Below are positions 41,872 to 52,859 of a stretch of DNA of 64,000 nucleotides, one piece after another (within the stretch, counting starts at the first letter, position 1; every line of letters begins with the position of its first letter). The position numbers and the translations under genes are program-made. Origin of the DNA: an uncultured Gammaproteobacteria bacterium (lineage in GTDB: Bacteria > Pseudomonadota > Gammaproteobacteria > DRJJ01); NCBI GenBank assembly GCA_947258795.1, contig CAMYJU010000016.1:21178-85177 (forward strand), read 5' to 3'. The notes below the pieces were generated by a model that made no database searches, was not told the origin of the DNA, and saw nothing but the letters and a program-made list of their open reading frames with translations.

Positions 41872-42150
41872 ATGCGCTTTTCAGATACGACCAGACAGGT
41901 GACCAGCTTGCCAACCAAAGCCAAAAAAGACAATGTCCAGCTTGAGAAATCGCTGAACGAGCTCGAGAAACTGGTGGATAAAATGGAACAGGGTGATATG
42001 TCTCTGGAAAAATCACTCGATTACTTCGAAAAAGGGATCAAACTGACACGCCAGTGCCAGCAGGCCCTGCAACAGGCCGAGCAACGGGTGCAAATCCTGC
42101 TGCAACAGGCTGATAGCGACAAACTGGAAGATTTCGACGACAATGTCTGA
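41872..42150 (+). CDS. xseB: Exodeoxyribonuclease VII small subunit
   Basis: 92 aa; QQAEQRVQILL matches XseB. Confidence 0.9.
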   Translation: MRFSDTTRQVTSLPTKAKKDNVQLEKSLNELEKLVDKMEQGDMSLEKSLDYFEKGIKLTRQCQQALQQAEQRVQILLQQADSDKLEDFDDNV

Positions 42151-43042
42151 GCAGCTCATGCATAGCCGGCTGGAGAATTACCAGCAACGAGTCCGTGCGG
42201 CCATGGAACACTGGTTGCCGGCCGCCGAAACCCACCCAACCGTATTACATGAAAGCATGCGCTATTCAACGCTGTCAGGTGGCAAATATTTCCGCCCGGT
42301 GCTGGTCTACGCCACCGGTGATGCGCTCGACATCGATCTTGCCCAGCTGGATGGAATCGCCAGTGCGGTCGAGATTATCCACTCTTACTCGCTGATCCAT
42401 GACGACCTGCCGGCCATGGATGACGACGACCTCAGGCGGGGGAAACCAACCTGCCACAAGGTGTTTGGCGAAGCCATGGCGATCCTGGCCGGTGACGCAC
42501 TACAGGCCCTGGCGTTTCATATCATTGCCCACGACCCGAAAATGCCAGTCACCGATAGTGTACGTATCCGCATTTTTGAAGCACTCACCCGTGCCTGTGG
42601 TTCGCTGGGCATGGCCGGTGGTCAGGCGATAGACCTGGTCTCCACGGGCCAACAACTGGGTATCGCCCAGCTGGAAAACATGCATATCCGCAAAACCGGC
42701 GCGCTGATACGCGCCAGTGTGCGCATGAGTGCGCTGTGCAAGCCCGACCTGGACACGGCTATCCTGCAGCAACTGGAACATTATGCAAAATGCATCGGTC
42801 TGGCATTCCAGATTCATGATGACATCCTGGATGTCGAGGGCGACGCCAAGGTAATGGGTAAAGCACAGGGTGCCGATAAGGCACTGGAAAAACCCACCTA
42901 CCCGGCCTTGCTGGGGCTGGAAGAGGCCCGTGAAAAGGCCAGAGAACTAATCGACGAGGCTGTCGACAGCCTGTCGTCGCTGGGTGACGTGGCGGATATG
43001 CTACGCTGGCTGGCCCGCTATATTATCACTCGATCAAACTAA
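42143..43042 (+). CDS. ispA: (2E,6E)-farnesyl diphosphate synthase
   Basis: 299 aa; FARM LIHDDLPAMDDDDLRRGKPT and SARM FQIHDDILD. Confidence 0.93.
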   Translation: MSEQLMHSRLENYQQRVRAAMEHWLPAAETHPTVLHESMRYSTLSGGKYFRPVLVYATGDALDIDLAQLDGIASAVEIIHSYSLIHDDLPAMDDDDLRRGKPTCHKVFGEAMAILAGDALQALAFHIIAHDPKMPVTDSVRIRIFEALTRACGSLGMAGGQAIDLVSTGQQLGIAQLENMHIRKTGALIRASVRMSALCKPDLDTAILQQLEHYAKCIGLAFQIHDDILDVEGDAKVMGKAQGADKALEKPTYPALLGLEEAREKARELIDEAVDSLSSLGDVADMLRWLARYIITRSN

Positions 43043-43150
43043 GTCTTTGAATTATAAAGAGCATGAGGCACTAACCCCGGTCCCGGCTTGCATGCTAACT
43101 CGTCGTTGCGGATAATAGCAGGCTTTCCTTATAGACACGAAGTTCCTGGA

Positions 43151-45058
43151 ATGCCGGATCTGAAGCGTTATCCATTACTGGCGCAAATCGAGACACCTGC
43201 CGATTTACGCGAGCTGTCACGTGACCAGTTACCTGATCTGGCCCGCGAACTGCGTGATTTCATGATTCACTCGGTGGCCAGCACCGGTGGACACCTGGCT
43301 GCCAGCCTGGGTACGGTGGAACTGACCATCGCCCTGCACTACGTGTTTAACACTCCAGAAGATGACCTGGTCTGGGATGTCGGTCACCAAACCTATCCGC
43401 ACAAGATACTGACCGGACGCCGCGACCGCATGGCCAGCCTGCGCCAGCAAAACGGACTGTCAGGCTTTCCAAAACGTGGTGAAAGTCCCTATGACAGCTT
43501 TGGTGTCGGTCATTCCAGTACCTCGATCAGTGCCGCACTGGGCATGGCCCTGGCCAATCAACGTATGGATAATGACAAACAGGTTATCGCCGTGATCGGC
43601 GACGGCGCAATGACTGCCGGAATGGCCTTTGAGGCATTGAATCATGCCGGTGACCTGGATAGCAATATGCTGGTCATCCTGAATGATAATGACATGTCGA
43701 TCGGTGAAAATGTTGGTGGCCTGTCTCGCTATACCGGACGCATTCTGGCGAGCAAGCTTTACACCAATATCCGTGAAGGCGGCAAAAAGGTACTCAACAG
43801 CCTGCCGCCACCCATAAAGGAATGGTCGCGCCGCGCTGAAGAGCACATGAAAGGCATGGTCGTTCCAGGCACCCTGTTTGAGGAACTGGGCTTTAACTAC
43901 ATTGGCCCGATCGATGGCCATGACCTGCCTGACCTGGTGCGCACCCTGGAAACCATCAAGACTCTGGATGGCCCGCGTTTTCTGCATATCATCACCACCA
44001 AGGGCAAGGGCTATGCCCCCGCTGAGGCCGACCCATGCGCCTACCATGGCGTTAGCCGTTTCAATACCCACACCGGCCAGGCTGAACAGAAAAGCGAATC
44101 AGACAACAAACTCACCTATACCCAGGTGTTTGGCCAATGGCTGTGCCGGATGGCTGAAACGGAATCCAGGCTGATCGCCATTACCCCGGCCATGCGCGAA
44201 GGCTCGGGCATGGTCGAATACTCCAGGAAATTTCCTGACCGCTACTATGACGTGGGTATTGCCGAACAACACGCGTTGACCCTGGCTGCCGGACTGGCCA
44301 GCAAGGGCATGAAACCGGTGGTAGCGATATATTCCACCTTCCTGCAACGCGCCTATGACCAGCTGGTCCATGATATCGCGCTGCAGAATCTACCTGTGGT
44401 ATTCGCGATCGACCGCGCCGGCATGGTCGGACCGGATGGCCCGACCCACGCCGGCAGTTTTGACCTCAGTTTCATGCGCTGCATACCCAATATGACCATT
44501 ATGGCGCCGGCCAATGAAGCCGAGTGTTATCGCATGCTGACCACGGCATTCAGGCACAACGCACCTGCTGCGGTAAGATATCCGCGAGGATGCGGACCAG
44601 GCAGCGACCTGCCTGCCGGGCTCGAAGATCTGCCGATCGGCAAGGCCGAAATCGTACGTCATGGTGAGCATGTCGCGCTACTGGTATTTGGCAGCCCGCT
44701 GGAACCCGCTATGGCAGTTGCCGACAAGCTGAACGCGACCGTTGTAAATATGCGCTTTATCAAGCCGCTGGATACCGGGCTGATCCAGAGATTGGCCGAA
44801 CAGCATGAGCTGCTGGTCACGCTGGAAGAAAACGTGATCGCCGGTGGTGCCGGATCGGCAGTCAGCGAATATCTGTCAGAACAGAACATCGTGACCAACT
44901 GCATCCATGTAGGCCTGCCGGACAGCTTCATTGAGCACGGTACCCGCGAGGAATGCCTGGATGCATGCGGCCTCAGCGAAAAACAGATACTTGAGCGCAT
45001 CAGGTCTGTTCTGCAGCCTCGGGATTGCAATCCCGGATCATCTCAATTAATATCCTAG
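43151..45058 (+). CDS. dxs: 1-deoxy-D-xylulose-5-phosphate synthase
   Basis: ORF 43088..45058, start likely [19 protein letters not shown]-binding [18 protein letters not shown]. Confidence 0.95.
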   Translation: MPDLKRYPLLAQIETPADLRELSRDQLPDLARELRDFMIHSVASTGGHLAASLGTVELTIALHYVFNTPEDDLVWDVGHQTYPHKILTGRRDRMASLRQQNGLSGFPKRGESPYDSFGVGHSSTSISAALGMALANQRMDNDKQVIAVIGDGAMTAGMAFEALNHAGDLDSNMLVILNDNDMSIGENVGGLSRYTGRILASKLYTNIREGGKKVLNSLPPPIKEWSRRAEEHMKGMVVPGTLFEELGFNYIGPIDGHDLPDLVRTLETIKTLDGPRFLHIITTKGKGYAPAEADPCAYHGVSRFNTHTGQAEQKSESDNKLTYTQVFGQWLCRMAETESRLIAITPAMREGSGMVEYSRKFPDRYYDVGIAEQHALTLAAGLASKGMKPVVAIYSTFLQRAYDQLVHDIALQNLPVVFAIDRAGMVGPDGPTHAGSFDLSFMRCIPNMTIMAPANEAECYRMLTTAFRHNAPAAVRYPRGCGPGSDLPAGLEDLPIGKAEIVRHGEHVALLVFGSPLEPAMAVADKLNATVVNMRFIKPLDTGLIQRLAEQHELLVTLEENVIAGGAGSAVSEYLSEQNIVTNCIHVGLPDSFIEHGTREECLDACGLSEKQILERIRSVLQPRDCNPGSSQLIS

Positions 45059-45079
45059 CCCTTTGCTCAGGTATTACCC

Positions 45080-45466
45080 ATGACCGCTACCTACACGCTC
45101 AAGATCGTGACCGACTTTGCCTCGGCGCACACCCTGCGTGACTATCCGGGGGCCTGCCAGCGCATGCATGGACATAACTGGAAGGTAGAGGTGGAAGCGC
45201 GGGCCAGTCAACTGGACAAGTTGGGCATGGGTATTGATTTCAAGGAGATCAAACAGGCTACCCGGACCGTGGCAGACCGACTGGATCACCGTTATCTGAA
45301 TGACCTGGAGCCATTCATCGAGATCAATCCCACAGCGGAAAACATAGCCGCCTATTTTTTTACTGAATTGTCAGGATTGCTGAACAATCAAGATGTGTGT
45401 GTCCATGCAGTTACACTCTGGGAAACCGAGCGCGCCTGTGTACGATACTCAGAGGAACCGAAATGA
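45080..45466 (+). CDS. queD: 6-carboxy-5,6,7,8-tetrahydropterin synthase
   Basis: 128 aa; CxxxHGH zinc motif (CQRMHGHNW). Confidence 0.9.
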   Translation: MTATYTLKIVTDFASAHTLRDYPGACQRMHGHNWKVEVEARASQLDKLGMGIDFKEIKQATRTVADRLDHRYLNDLEPFIEINPTAENIAAYFFTELSGLLNNQDVCVHAVTLWETERACVRYSEEPK

Positions 45467-46302
45467 CTAACCAGACCAAACCCGCGGCCAGACCCGCGTG
45501 CGAAATCGAAGACGTACAGAACCGCGCCGACACTCGCAACATACCGATCAACAAGGTTGGGATCAAGGATATACGCCACCCGGTACGTATTAGCGACCGT
45601 ACAGGTGGCGAACAGCATACCATCGCGACATTCAATATGTATGTCAACCTGCCACATAATTTCAAGGGTACTCACATGTCCCGCTTTGTGGAAATCCTGA
45701 ACCAGCATGAGCGCGAAATCACCGTCGAGTCATTCAAGGAAATGCTGCAGGAGATGACTGTAAAACTGGAAGCGTCTTCCGGTCATATCGAAATGTCATT
45801 CGATTACTTTATAAACAAGACCGCGCCGGTTTCAGGCGTGCAGAGCCTGATGGATTACCAGGTCAGCCTGATTGGTGAAGTACACGACAATACGCCATGC
45901 ATGCAAATCAAGGTTGTTGTGCCGGTAACCAGCCTGTGCCCTTGCTCAAAGAAAATTTCCGACTACGGTGCACATAACCAGCGCTCTCATGTCACAGTCA
46001 GCGTACGCACGAAAGGTTTTGTCTGGATCGAAGAAGTGATTGAGATGGTGGAAAGCGAGGCATCCTGCGAGTTGTTTGGACTGCTCAAACGCCCGGACGA
46101 AAAACACGTGACCGAACGCGCCTATAACAATCCGAAATTCGTTGAAGACATCGTGCGTGATATTGCGGTACATCTGAATAATGATGATCGTATCGAGGCA
46201 TTTACAGTGGAATCGGAAAACTTCGAATCCATCCATAACCACTCTGCCTATGCACTGATCGAGCACGACAAGCGCACAGACCAGGAACTGATACGGAACT
46301 AG
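45463..46302 (+). CDS. folE2: GTP cyclohydrolase FolE2 (type IB)
   Basis: ATGA start/stop overlap with queD; 280 aa; [11 protein letters not shown] and C-x-C region typical of FolE2/MptA. Confidence 0.85.
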   Translation: MTNQTKPAARPACEIEDVQNRADTRNIPINKVGIKDIRHPVRISDRTGGEQHTIATFNMYVNLPHNFKGTHMSRFVEILNQHEREITVESFKEMLQEMTVKLEASSGHIEMSFDYFINKTAPVSGVQSLMDYQVSLIGEVHDNTPCMQIKVVVPVTSLCPCSKKISDYGAHNQRSHVTVSVRTKGFVWIEEVIEMVESEASCELFGLLKRPDEKHVTERAYNNPKFVEDIVRDIAVHLNNDDRIEAFTVESENFESIHNHSAYALIEHDKRTDQELIRN

Positions 46303-46324
46303 GCCTCCCGATCAAATAGACCTA

Positions 46325-49300
46325 TTATTTCAGGACAAAGGCCATTTTTTCCCTGGTCGCTGAATCATCAACATAGGCCGACAGCTGTTCCAGCGTCAGG
46401 GGATCACTGAAATATTCGCCCTGGTACAGGGTGCAGCCCTTGTTATGCAGGAAGCGCAATTGTTCTGCCGTTTCCACTCCTTCGGCGATCACATCCAGTG
46501 ACAAATGCTCGGACATCGCAATAATGGTCTGCACGATCGCGGCATCTTCTGTGTCGACCAGCAGGTCGATCACAAACGCCTTGTCAATCTTGAGTATATC
46601 CAGGGGCATACGTTTCAGGTAGGCCAGTGACGAGTAGCCGGTACCAAAGTCGTCGATGGCCAGCTCCACACCAAGCGCCTTCAGTGCATGCATTTTTTCA
46701 ATGGTGCTCTCTATGTTGGATACAACGATGCCCTCTGTCAGTTCCAGGGTCAACGCAGCCGGATCCACTCCGCTATCGTCGATACAGACTGCAACCTGGT
46801 GCACGAAATCCGGTTGCATAAATTGTCGTGGACTGACATTGACAGACATGTGCCGGATATTGCCAAAACGCTCATCTCCACTCCAGGTCTTCATTTGCCT
46901 GCATGCCTGTTCTATAACCCAGGCACCCACTTCCATGATCAAGCCCATTTCCTCAAGGATATGAATAAACTGGGTGGGCGGTATCAGACCCATTTCCGGG
47001 TGCTGCCAGCGTAGCAAGGCCTCCACACCCACCATACGCCCCGACTCGTTGACCTGTGGCTGATAGAGCAGAAACATCTCGTTAAATTCGATCGCATGCC
47101 TCAGATAACCTTCCAACATCAGTCTTTCGCTGGCCTCTGCCGCCATCGCCGGTAAATAAAACTGTACCGCGTTACGGCCTGCCGCCTTGGCGCGATACAT
47201 GGCCGTGTCGGCATGACGCAACACATCGTCCGGGGTATCCGCATCCACCGGGAACAACACTACACCAATGCTCGGACTGACATGTAACTCACGACCTTCC
47301 ACCTTGAAAGGCTCATTCAGCAGACCACGTATACTGTCAGCCAGTTGCTTGATTTTCTTGCCTGCCGCATGCCGTTCGTAACCCACATCCGGTATTAGCA
47401 TGACAAACTCGTCACCACCGAGCCTGGACACGGTCATGTTTTTCCCTGCGGCCGATATCAGGCGATTTGCGACCCCCTTGAGCAAGTGATCGCCCAGCGC
47501 ATGCCCGAGTGAATCATTGATATTCTTGAAATGATCGAGATCCAGATATAACAGGCCACCGAGTACCTCGTGGCGTTTGGCCATCATGATGGCCATATAC
47601 AGATGATCCAGCAGCAGGTTCCGGTTGGGTAAATCGGTCAGTGGGTCATGATTGGCCATATGGTGGACATGTGCCTCGATATTGCGGCGGTTGACCGCGA
47701 TTCCGGCCATACGCGTAGCGGTTTCCAGTATGCGCTTCTGGTAACTGTCCGGCCTGGCGGGTTTGAAATGAATCACGGACAGGGTGCCCAGCATGCTACC
47801 CTTGTCTGACTTGACCGGTATTGCCCAGCAAGCATGAATCTTGAATTCATCCACAACATCACGCGCCTGCGCCCAGCGTGGGTCCTCACTGGTATCATCC
47901 ACATAGACCGGCTCATCCAGACAGAATGCCGTCGCAGTGGAACCCGTTCCCATCTCGGGTAACATAAACTTCATCTCGTTGCCAAATTCCAGCGGGATAT
48001 TGGGGGCTGCCTTGAGCTCCAGGAAACCGCTCTCTTCATTGAAAAGGTGCAGCACACACACCACACCGGGCACCATTTTTTCCACTTCGTAGCACAAGGC
48101 GTTCAGTACCGACTGCAGGTCACCGCCGGTGGCAATCAGTTCCAGTATGCGCCGCTGGAAATTCAGTAACAGCCCGGCCTGTTTACGCTCATTGACATCA
48201 CGCACCTGTGCCAGCAGATAACGTCTTTTGCCAGGCAAGGCCACACGGCTCAGCGTAACCTCGACATCAATCACATGACCCATATCAGAAACGGTCGACC
48301 ATTCAAAACGGTATTCCCCTCCCTTCAGGGCCTGCTGCAGATAGACCGACATCGCACTGGAAGAAGTCTGGGTATTCGTACGCATGGAGATGGCCGAGAA
48401 GTCCTCCAGGCGCTTTCCGGTCATTTCTCCTTTACGGGTCGAAAAGAACAGCTCGGCGCGTTGGTTCACATCGAAGATCTGGCCATCCTCATTCAACAGG
48501 ATGACCGGGTCTATATTCTGCTCAAACAGATTTCGATAGCGCGCCTCGCTGTTGCGTAACGCCTCATCGATACGTTTTCTGTAGATCAGCAAGGCGTACA
48601 GGGAAAACACCATAACCAGCAGCAACACCAGCACAACCGCGACTATCCATACCTCGGACTTGTACTTCCAGTAAAGACTCTGCGGCAGATATTCGACCGT
48701 ACTGGCCGGCGGCAGCCGGTCCATTGGGATATCGAAGGCCAGCAGTTCGCGGTAGTCAAACATATAGGCATTCGGGCTTTCCTGAACAATCGGCACTTTA
48801 TCCACCGACACCCCTTTCAGCAATTGCAGTGCCAGGGACACGGCCACCTCACCCTGCAACACGCTGCTAGTCAGTTTTCCGCCGACCGCACCGCTACCGA
48901 GAAAAGAATCCCAGGTACCATACACAGGGGCATCGGTATATTTCTTGATAAACGCGACCCCTTCATTCAGCGTGAAACTGCGCCCATCCCTGGTCTTGAA
49001 CAGGGACAGGTTAAGAATGATTGCTTGCTCATCCAGTGCAGCCAGCTCCCTGGCCAGTACATGACTATCCAGGTTTTCGAGCTCCAGCACTTCCAGACCG
49101 GAAGGTAACTGGTGTTTGATCTGCCGGAGCTTCTCGAGTATAGCTGCGCCGGTTGTGGTTGCGTCGCTCACAACCGCCAGCCTGTTGCGTTCGGGATGCA
49201 GGCGGTATGCGACGTTAACCGTACCCAGCAGATCGTTGTCTTCAATCACACCGGTAACCGGATCCAGCCCGCTGATCAAATCATAGCCGAAATTATTAAT

Positions 49301-49696
49301 ACCACAGAAAACCACCGCTACTCCCGGAAACAAACTGTCCCGGTACTGACGCAGGAATTCCAGCGCATTGTTATCAGCCGCAATAATCAGTGCGGGCTTT
49401 TGATCCCGGTATTTTTGCCGGTAGAGACTGACCAGGGTGGGGAAAACAATGTTGGTCGCATGCTGTTTGCTGTCCATGTATTCGATCAGTAGCCGAATCT
49501 CCTGATCACCTTCCTGCAAGGCCTTTTTTACACCACGTGTTATTCCGTCAGTCCACGGATAACCCTGGTGATAGGAGTGTAGCAGCAGTACGGTAGGGGC
49601 CTGTTCAACAGCAGTCACCGCCGGACAGGTAAAGGGAAACAGCAGAAAGAGCGGCAACAGCCATTGATAAAGTCTGAAGTTTAAATGATGGCGCAT
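46325..49696 (-). CDS. Multidomain c-di-GMP turnover protein: periplasmic substrate-binding-like sensor, TM, PAS, GAF, GGDEF, EAL
   Basis: ORF 46325..49741 (start uncertain, possibly MRHHLNF signal peptide); intact RLGGDEF; EALLRW and DDFGTGYSSLAYLKRMP EAL motifs. Confidence 0.88.
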   Translation of the reverse strand: MRHHLNFRLYQWLLPLFLLFPFTCPAVTAVEQAPTVLLLHSYHQGYPWTDGITRGVKKALQEGDQEIRLLIEYMDSKQHATNIVFPTLVSLYRQKYRDQKPALIIAADNNALEFLRQYRDSLFPGVAVVFCGINNFGYDLISGLDPVTGVIEDNDLLGTVNVAYRLHPERNRLAVVSDATTTGAAILEKLRQIKHQLPSGLEVLELENLDSHVLARELAALDEQAIILNLSLFKTRDGRSFTLNEGVAFIKKYTDAPVYGTWDSFLGSGAVGGKLTSSVLQGEVAVSLALQLLKGVSVDKVPIVQESPNAYMFDYRELLAFDIPMDRLPPASTVEYLPQSLYWKYKSEVWIVAVVLVLLLVMVFSLYALLIYRKRIDEALRNSEARYRNLFEQNIDPVILLNEDGQIFDVNQRAELFFSTRKGEMTGKRLEDFSAISMRTNTQTSSSAMSVYLQQALKGGEYRFEWSTVSDMGHVIDVEVTLSRVALPGKRRYLLAQVRDVNERKQAGLLLNFQRRILELIATGGDLQSVLNALCYEVEKMVPGVVCVLHLFNEESGFLELKAAPNIPLEFGNEMKFMLPEMGTGSTATAFCLDEPVYVDDTSEDPRWAQARDVVDEFKIHACWAIPVKSDKGSMLGTLSVIHFKPARPDSYQKRILETATRMAGIAVNRRNIEAHVHHMANHDPLTDLPNRNLLLDHLYMAIMMAKRHEVLGGLLYLDLDHFKNINDSLGHALGDHLLKGVANRLISAAGKNMTVSRLGGDEFVMLIPDVGYERHAAGKKIKQLADSIRGLLNEPFKVEGRELHVSPSIGVVLFPVDADTPDDVLRHADTAMYRAKAAGRNAVQFYLPAMAAEASERLMLEGYLRHAIEFNEMFLLYQPQVNESGRMVGVEALLRWQHPEMGLIPPTQFIHILEEMGLIMEVGAWVIEQACRQMKTWSGDERFGNIRHMSVNVSPRQFMQPDFVHQVAVCIDDSGVDPAALTLELTEGIVVSNIESTIEKMHALKALGVELAIDDFGTGYSSLAYLKRMPLDILKIDKAFVIDLLVDTEDAAIVQTIIAMSEHLSLDVIAEGVETAEQLRFLHNKGCTLYQGEYFSDPLTLEQLSAYVDDSATREKMAFVLK

Positions 49697-49811
49697 ATCA
49701 GCATTCCTGGCTTGCCTGCCTTGTCCAGAAGCCGTATGCAAAACCCGGTGTCAGACCGCTCCTGTGTCTTTTTGCACCTTGATTGTATTAATAACAGGCC
49801 GGAAACACAAT

Positions 49812-50477
49812 CTATTGAGTCTGCACCAGCTTCATGGCAGCGCCTTCCTGTTCGATCTTGAGTCGCCCGAGAAAACTCATCCCCAGCAATACCTGGCTGG
49901 GCTGTGGCCCGTCAATAACAGTCGCCTGTACATTTTTCAGCACTATTCCGCCAACGCGTACGCTTTTCAGTCGTACGAAAAAAGCCGGCACGACATTCGA
50001 GGCCGTGGTGACACTGCCGCGCTTGCCGCTGTAACGGAATTCAACCCCCAGGCGCCTCGCCTCACTGGAGTTCATCGCAATCGATTGCGCGCCGGTATCG
50101 ATCAGGAAGCTGACCGGCAAGCCATTGATACTGCCTATGGCAGTATACATACCTCGATCATCCGGCCAGATACGTTCGACTTTTTTCTCGGGCGGGGTGA
50201 AACGCGTATGCACTTTGCTACCCAGTGCATAGGTCTTCCGCTTGCCATTGATTTCCAGTATTGCGCTGCGACTGTCTGCACGGATCAGTGTGACGCCTTC
50301 CGGGCTGGTTTGTCCGCGTTTCAGGACACGACGTCGCCCATCCAGTTGCAGCACTGCCGTATCCTTGAACAGGCCCTGCACCACCACCTCATCGACAGCA
50401 TAGGCAGCCGACAACACCAGGCTGCCGCCGCATAACATTAGTATCTGTAACAAGATGGTTGGTATAAAAAATCTCAT
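49812..50477 (-). CDS. Retropepsin-like clan AA aspartic protease, membrane-anchored (TIGR02281-like)
   Basis: 221 aa; N-terminal TM helix; FLIDTGAQSIAMN active-site DTGA motif. Confidence 0.75.
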   Translation of the reverse strand: MRFFIPTILLQILMLCGGSLVLSAAYAVDEVVVQGLFKDTAVLQLDGRRRVLKRGQTSPEGVTLIRADSRSAILEINGKRKTYALGSKVHTRFTPPEKKVERIWPDDRGMYTAIGSINGLPVSFLIDTGAQSIAMNSSEARRLGVEFRYSGKRGSVTTASNVVPAFFVRLKSVRVGGIVLKNVQATVIDGPQPSQVLLGMSFLGRLKIEQEGAAMKLVQTQ

Positions 50478-50923
50478 CGATTTATCCGGTACCTTTTGCC
50501 TTTATCCTGACCCAGCTTGATCTGCACCTTGTCCGGGCTCCAGCCATGCACCTTGTCATGCGCCTCGACCACGATCGTCTTGATATCGGCCGGTATGCTG
50601 ATATCGCTTAACTGCCGGGTAAAAGGCTGCTCATGCTCATGCGGATGCCACAGGGTTCGATGACCCAGAACCTTGCCATCAACAGTCACCAGTCGCCAGC
50701 CATCTGCATAGTGATTCCAGCCGGTGTCGCCATGCGCCAGCGTGACCGAGGCGCGCCAGCTACCTGCAGTCTGCGTGAGCTCGACAAAACGGATTTCCAC
50801 CTGCCCTGCTGATACCGGCATGCCGGCCAAACCGAGTAGCAACCATGTAACAAGCCTGATCATTGGCCATTTGACTGCAGGAACACCGGCTAGTTTCATA
50901 ACATCCTCCTTATGTCTGAACAT
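50474..50923 (-). CDS. Hypothetical secreted protein
   Basis: 149 aa; signal peptide (MIRLVTWLLLGLAGMPVSAG); His-rich (HPHEHE); 4-bp overlap with downstream protease gene; start uncertain. Confidence 0.45.
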   Translation of the reverse strand: MFRHKEDVMKLAGVPAVKWPMIRLVTWLLLGLAGMPVSAGQVEIRFVELTQTAGSWRASVTLAHGDTGWNHYADGWRLVTVDGKVLGHRTLWHPHEHEQPFTRQLSDISIPADIKTIVVEAHDKVHGWSPDKVQIKLGQDKGKRYRINR

Positions 50924-50931
50924 GCAAATAT

Positions 50932-51441
50932 TCAGAAATAATATGACTGAATTATCAGTAGCACGGCCAGCCCGGCTACACCGGCCAGTACGTCGTCCAG
51001 CATGACCCCGAGGCCCCCGCCTATATGGCGATCCAGCCAGCTGATCGGCCAGGGTTTGAGAATATCAAACAAACGAAACGCGATAAATCCGGCTATCACC
51101 CAAATCCAGCCAGGCGGCATCAGGCTCATGGTAATCAGGTAACCGACAATCTCGTCCCAGACGATGGCGGCATGATCGTGTTGCCCCAGTATCGAGGCCG
51201 CGCGATGACACAAATAGATACCGAGCAGGAACATCAGGCCAACAACTATCATATACCAGATCATAGCCAGTTGACTCAGACCCAGATAGACCGGTATCGC
51301 AACCAGGGTCCCTGCCGTACCCGGTGCCCAGGGTGACGCACCACTACCAAAACCACAGGCCAGAAATACCACCGGGTGACGACACTGTTGCAGGATTTGC
51401 ATGCTCATAGTCTGGTTAGCCCGGTTGTGCAAAATGATCAA
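50932..51441 (-). CDS. pgpA: Phosphatidylglycerophosphatase A
   Basis: 169 aa; GFGSGASPWAPGTAGTL motif. Confidence 0.9.
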   Translation of the reverse strand: MIILHNRANQTMSMQILQQCRHPVVFLACGFGSGASPWAPGTAGTLVAIPVYLGLSQLAMIWYMIVVGLMFLLGIYLCHRAASILGQHDHAAIVWDEIVGYLITMSLMPPGWIWVIAGFIAFRLFDILKPWPISWLDRHIGGGLGVMLDDVLAGVAGLAVLLIIQSYYF

Positions 51442-52327
51442 AGCCCCTGACCGTTTTCGTCACCGGCCTGCCCTGTTCATCCAGTAACTGCACGCCTTCG
51501 CCCCGGACTACTGTACCAATACGCGTAACCGGCGGGGCAGCTTGCGGCAAACACCGGCCCAGCCGCTCCTCCAGCGCAATCGGCATGGTGAAACACAGCT
51601 CATAGTCATCACCGGCGGTCAGGGCGAGTTCTAACGCGAGCTCAGTCCCGACACAGTGTAACAGGTTTTCGGACAGTGGCAGCCGTCGCTGTTCTACCTG
51701 TATCGATACATGACTGGCGCTGGCGATATGACCGAGATCTGCCAGCAGGCCATCCGAGATATCAATCAGTGCATGCGCCAGTCCACGCAGACAGATACCG
51801 GTTTCGATGCGCGGCGTTGGGCGATCAAGCCGCTGTAACAGATAGGCATCCCTATCCGGGAACTGCAAACCACCGCCAGCATCACCCAGCTGGCCGGTCA
51901 CGTAAACCCCATCATCAAGCTGTGCGGCACTGCGCAACAGGGCCTGGCCGGCCGGCACGATCCCGTGCGCCTCGATAGAAACGGCGAGGTCACCTCTGTG
52001 TACCACTACAGCAGCTAGCTGCACCTGGTATGGCACCAACAGTTCCTGCAATCCCGTTCTGAACGCATCCAGCCATTCGGTACTCCACCCGGGTATACTC
52101 AGGGTCAGATAAATCCAGCGTGGTTCAGCACCCATTGCCGCCAGATCACTGAAATTGACTGCAACGGACTTGTACGCAATATCCTGTGCTGTGGCCCGGT
52201 CCGGGAAATGCACCCCGGCCACCAAGGTATCCAGCGTCATGACACGCTCATATCCGGCGGCTACCCGGGTGTTTGCTTCGCAATCACCAAAAACAGCCCG
52301 TACATCACTTTCAGGATACTCACTCAT
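51416..52327 (-). CDS. thiL: Thiamine-monophosphate kinase
   Basis: 303 aa; AIR synthase-related fold; conserved nusB-thiL-pgpA order. Confidence 0.88.
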   Translation of the reverse strand: MSEYPESDVRAVFGDCEANTRVAAGYERVMTLDTLVAGVHFPDRATAQDIAYKSVAVNFSDLAAMGAEPRWIYLTLSIPGWSTEWLDAFRTGLQELLVPYQVQLAAVVVHRGDLAVSIEAHGIVPAGQALLRSAAQLDDGVYVTGQLGDAGGGLQFPDRDAYLLQRLDRPTPRIETGICLRGLAHALIDISDGLLADLGHIASASHVSIQVEQRRLPLSENLLHCVGTELALELALTAGDDYELCFTMPIALEERLGRCLPQAAPPVTRIGTVVRGEGVQLLDEQGRPVTKTVRGFDHFAQPG

Positions 52328-52399
52328 GAAGCCGCACGCAGGTTATGGTCTCACGGAAACGAAATGCTCTATAGCACTGGCCTGAACCGGCGCCGGGAA

Positions 52400-52858
52400 T
52401 CATTTCGCGGCATCAATTTCAATTTTACGCAGCTGCTGCGCCGCCTTGTCCATGACGCCATTGATATAACGATAGCTATCGGCCGCACCAAAGGTCTTGC
52501 CCAGTTGCACCGCTTCGTTAATCACCACCCGGTACGGCACATCCAGGCGATGTATCAGTTCATACGAACCAATACGCAATATGGCGCGCTCAACCGGGTC
52601 CACCGCCTCCATTTCACGGTCCAGGTAAGCATCCAGCGCCTGGTCCAGCTCGTCGACGCACGCCGGGATACGATGCAACAGCTCATGAAAATACTCACGA
52701 TCGACCTGCTGTATCTCGTCCTTCTGCTGAAACTGCTTTTCAATTTCATTCAGGTCGCCGCCGGACATGGACCATTGATACAGGGCCTGCATGGCCAGTC
52801 GTCGCGATTTTTTACGCGCGTGGGCCGGGTTGGTAGACTTGCGCGCCGCCTTGCTCAT
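52400..52858 (-). CDS. nusB: Transcription antitermination factor NusB
   Basis: 152 aa; ARRLAMQALYQW. Confidence 0.95.
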   Translation of the reverse strand: MSKAARKSTNPAHARKKSRRLAMQALYQWSMSGGDLNEIEKQFQQKDEIQQVDREYFHELLHRIPACVDELDQALDAYLDREMEAVDPVERAILRIGSYELIHRLDVPYRVVINEAVQLGKTFGAADSYRYINGVMDKAAQQLRKIEIDAAK

Positions 52859-52859
52859 A

